Positions 1 through 64,000 of a stretch of DNA of 64,000 bases are shown one piece after another (positions within the stretch are counted from its first letter, which is position 1; every line of letters begins with the position of its first letter). This DNA comes from Eledone cirrhosa. Taxonomy: Eukaryota. The notes under the pieces are model-generated. The model saw nothing but the letters and a program-made list of their open reading frames with translations. It was not told the origin of the DNA and searched no databases. The translations under genes were made by a program, and so were the position numbers. The DNA lies in contig OZ024748.1 in assembly GCA_964016885.1 (NCBI GenBank), positions 24,800,001 through 24,864,000 on the forward strand. The letters are read 5' to 3'.

Positions 1-435
1 CCTGAAAGCTGTTTGAAGAGCTGACTACAAATACTACAGCAATGTCTTATTTCAGCATTAGCTCCATTTTTCCACTTGTTTATAATGAATGTTTGAGTGC
101 CGTTTCAGGTGTTTTGATAAACATGGCATTGAAACACACACACATATACATATGTGTGCTTGTATGTGTGTGCTTGTATGTGTGTGTTTGTGTGTGTGTG
201 TGTTTGTGTGTGTGTACATATATATATATATGCAAGTCAATTGAAATAAAATCTGAAGGTGTGTGCAAAAATTCCATGTAGTAGCAATATGCAGACATAG
301 AAACTTGTATAAGTGCCTGAAGATTAGGTCATACTTTTGATCCCTCTTACATTCTGGTCAATATTGGGTCTTGAAATCTTAGGTAGCGCTTTTGTTCCGT
401 GTATGAACATAAACATTATAATACAATATAATATA

Positions 436-504
<69 letters not shown>

Positions 505-532
505 GTTTAATCATATATTCTTCTTTGTAAAG

Positions 533-62172
<61,640 letters not shown>

Positions 62173-62220
62173 GTGAGTATTAAAAGAAATTCTCTATTAT
62201 AATAACTGAACAGACTTTCT

Positions 62221-64000
62221 GCCACCTACACACATACCACCACATTTACACATACTACCACCTATACACATACCACCACATTTACACGTACTACCACCTA
62301 TACACATACCACCACATTTACACATACTACCACCTACATACATACCACCACATTTACACATACTACCACCTACACACATACCACCACATTTACACATACT
62401 ACCACCTATACACATACCACCACATTTACACGTACTACCACCTATACACATACCACCACATTTACACATACTACCACCTACACACATACCACCACATTTA
62501 CACATACTACCACCTACACACATACCACCACATTTACACATACTACCACCTATACACATACCACCACATTTACACATACTACCACCTATACACATACCAC
62601 CACATTTACACATACTACCACCTATACACATACCACCACATTTACACATACTACCACCTATACACATACCACCACATTTACACATACTACCACCTATACA
62701 CATACCACCACATTTACACATACTACCACCTATACACATACTACCACATTTACACATACTACCACCTACACACATACCACCACATTTACACGTACTACCA
62801 CCTATACACATACCACCACATTTACACATACTACCACCTATACACATTTACACATACTGCCACCTATACACATACCACCACATTTACACATACTACTACC
62901 TACACACATACCACCACATTTACACATACTACCACCTATACACATACCACCACATTTACACATACTACCACCTACACACATACCACCACATTTACACATA
63001 CTACCACCTACACACATACCACCACATTTACACATACTACCACCTATACACATACCACCACATTTACACATACTACCACCTATACACATACCACCACATT
63101 TACACATACTACCACCTATACACATACTACCACATTTACACATACTGCCACCTATACACATACCACCACATTTACACATACTGCCACCTATACACATACC
63201 ACCACATTTACACATACTACCACCTATACACATACCACCACATTTACACATACTACCACCTATACACATACCACCACATTTACACATACTACCACCTATA
63301 CACATACCACCACATTTACACATACTACCACCTATACACATTTACACATACTGCCACCTATACACATACCACCACATTTACACATACTACTACCTACACA
63401 CATACCACCACATTTACACATACTACCACCTATACACATACCACCACATTTACACATACTACCACCTACACACATACCACCACATTTACACATACTACCA
63501 CCTACACACATACCACCACATTTACACATACTACCACCTATACACATACCACCACATTTACACGTACTACCACCTATACACATACCACCACATTTACACA
63601 TACTACCACCTACACACATACCACCACATTTACACATACTACCACCTACACACATACCACCACATTTACACATACTACCACCTATACACATACCACCACA
63701 TTTACACATACTACCACCTATACACATACCACCACATTTACACATACTACCACCTATACACATACCACCACATTTACACATACTACCACCTATACACATA
63801 CCACCACATTTACACATACTACCACCTACACACATACCACCACATTTACACATACTACCACCTACACACATACCACCACATTTACACATACTACCACCTA
63901 TACACATACCACCACATTTACACATACTACCACCTATACACATACCACCACATTTACACATACTACCACCTATACACATACTACCACATTTACACATACT
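62221..64000. repeat. 36-bp minisatellite (accacctatacacataccaccacatttacacatact), runs off the window end
   Basis: Direct inspection; about 49 units. Confidence 0.97.

Noticed and set aside
42-281. Possible upstream dynein exon at the window start
   Set aside because: No dynein similarity and no phase-compatible stop-free frame to a good donor; it runs into a (TG)n repeat.
62197-63997. Cys/Gly-rich minus-strand ORFs (MCIGGSMCKCGG)n resembling metallothionein or keratin-associated proteins
   Set aside because: They are translations of a 36-bp intronic minisatellite. The frame shifts at partial units and there are no unique N- or C-terminal regions.

Overview
AT-rich, microsatellite-dense eukaryotic genomic DNA. 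The SINE and microsatellite profile suggests an octopus or other coleoid cephalopod (inference). The window lies within one large + strand gene. I reconstructed 30 GT-AG exons by hand (533..62172, about 4,761 nt, about 1,587 codons, consistent phases, no stops). They encode a divergent dynein heavy chain motor region from AAA1 through AAA2, AAA3, AAA4, stalk CC1, the microtubule-binding domain and CC2. The AAA1 catalytic motifs (Walker A Lys, Walker B Asp-Glu, sensor I Asn, and the AAA2 arginine finger) are all substituted, while the AAA2 and AAA3 P-loops and the MTBD are kept. This looks like an intact but ATPase-dead pseudo-motor dynein. The introns hold Tx1-, R4/Dong-, RTE- and Vingi-like LINE remnants, a mariner remnant, piggyBac-type MITEs, Helitron-like elements, a solo LTR and many SINEs. 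One intron contains an inverted Penelope pair with hammerhead ribozymes and a cluster of long palindromes. Many tandem repeats appear to have arisen in place, including a 16.2-kb array of about 426 x 38-bp hairpin units expanded from inside an RTE LINE remnant.
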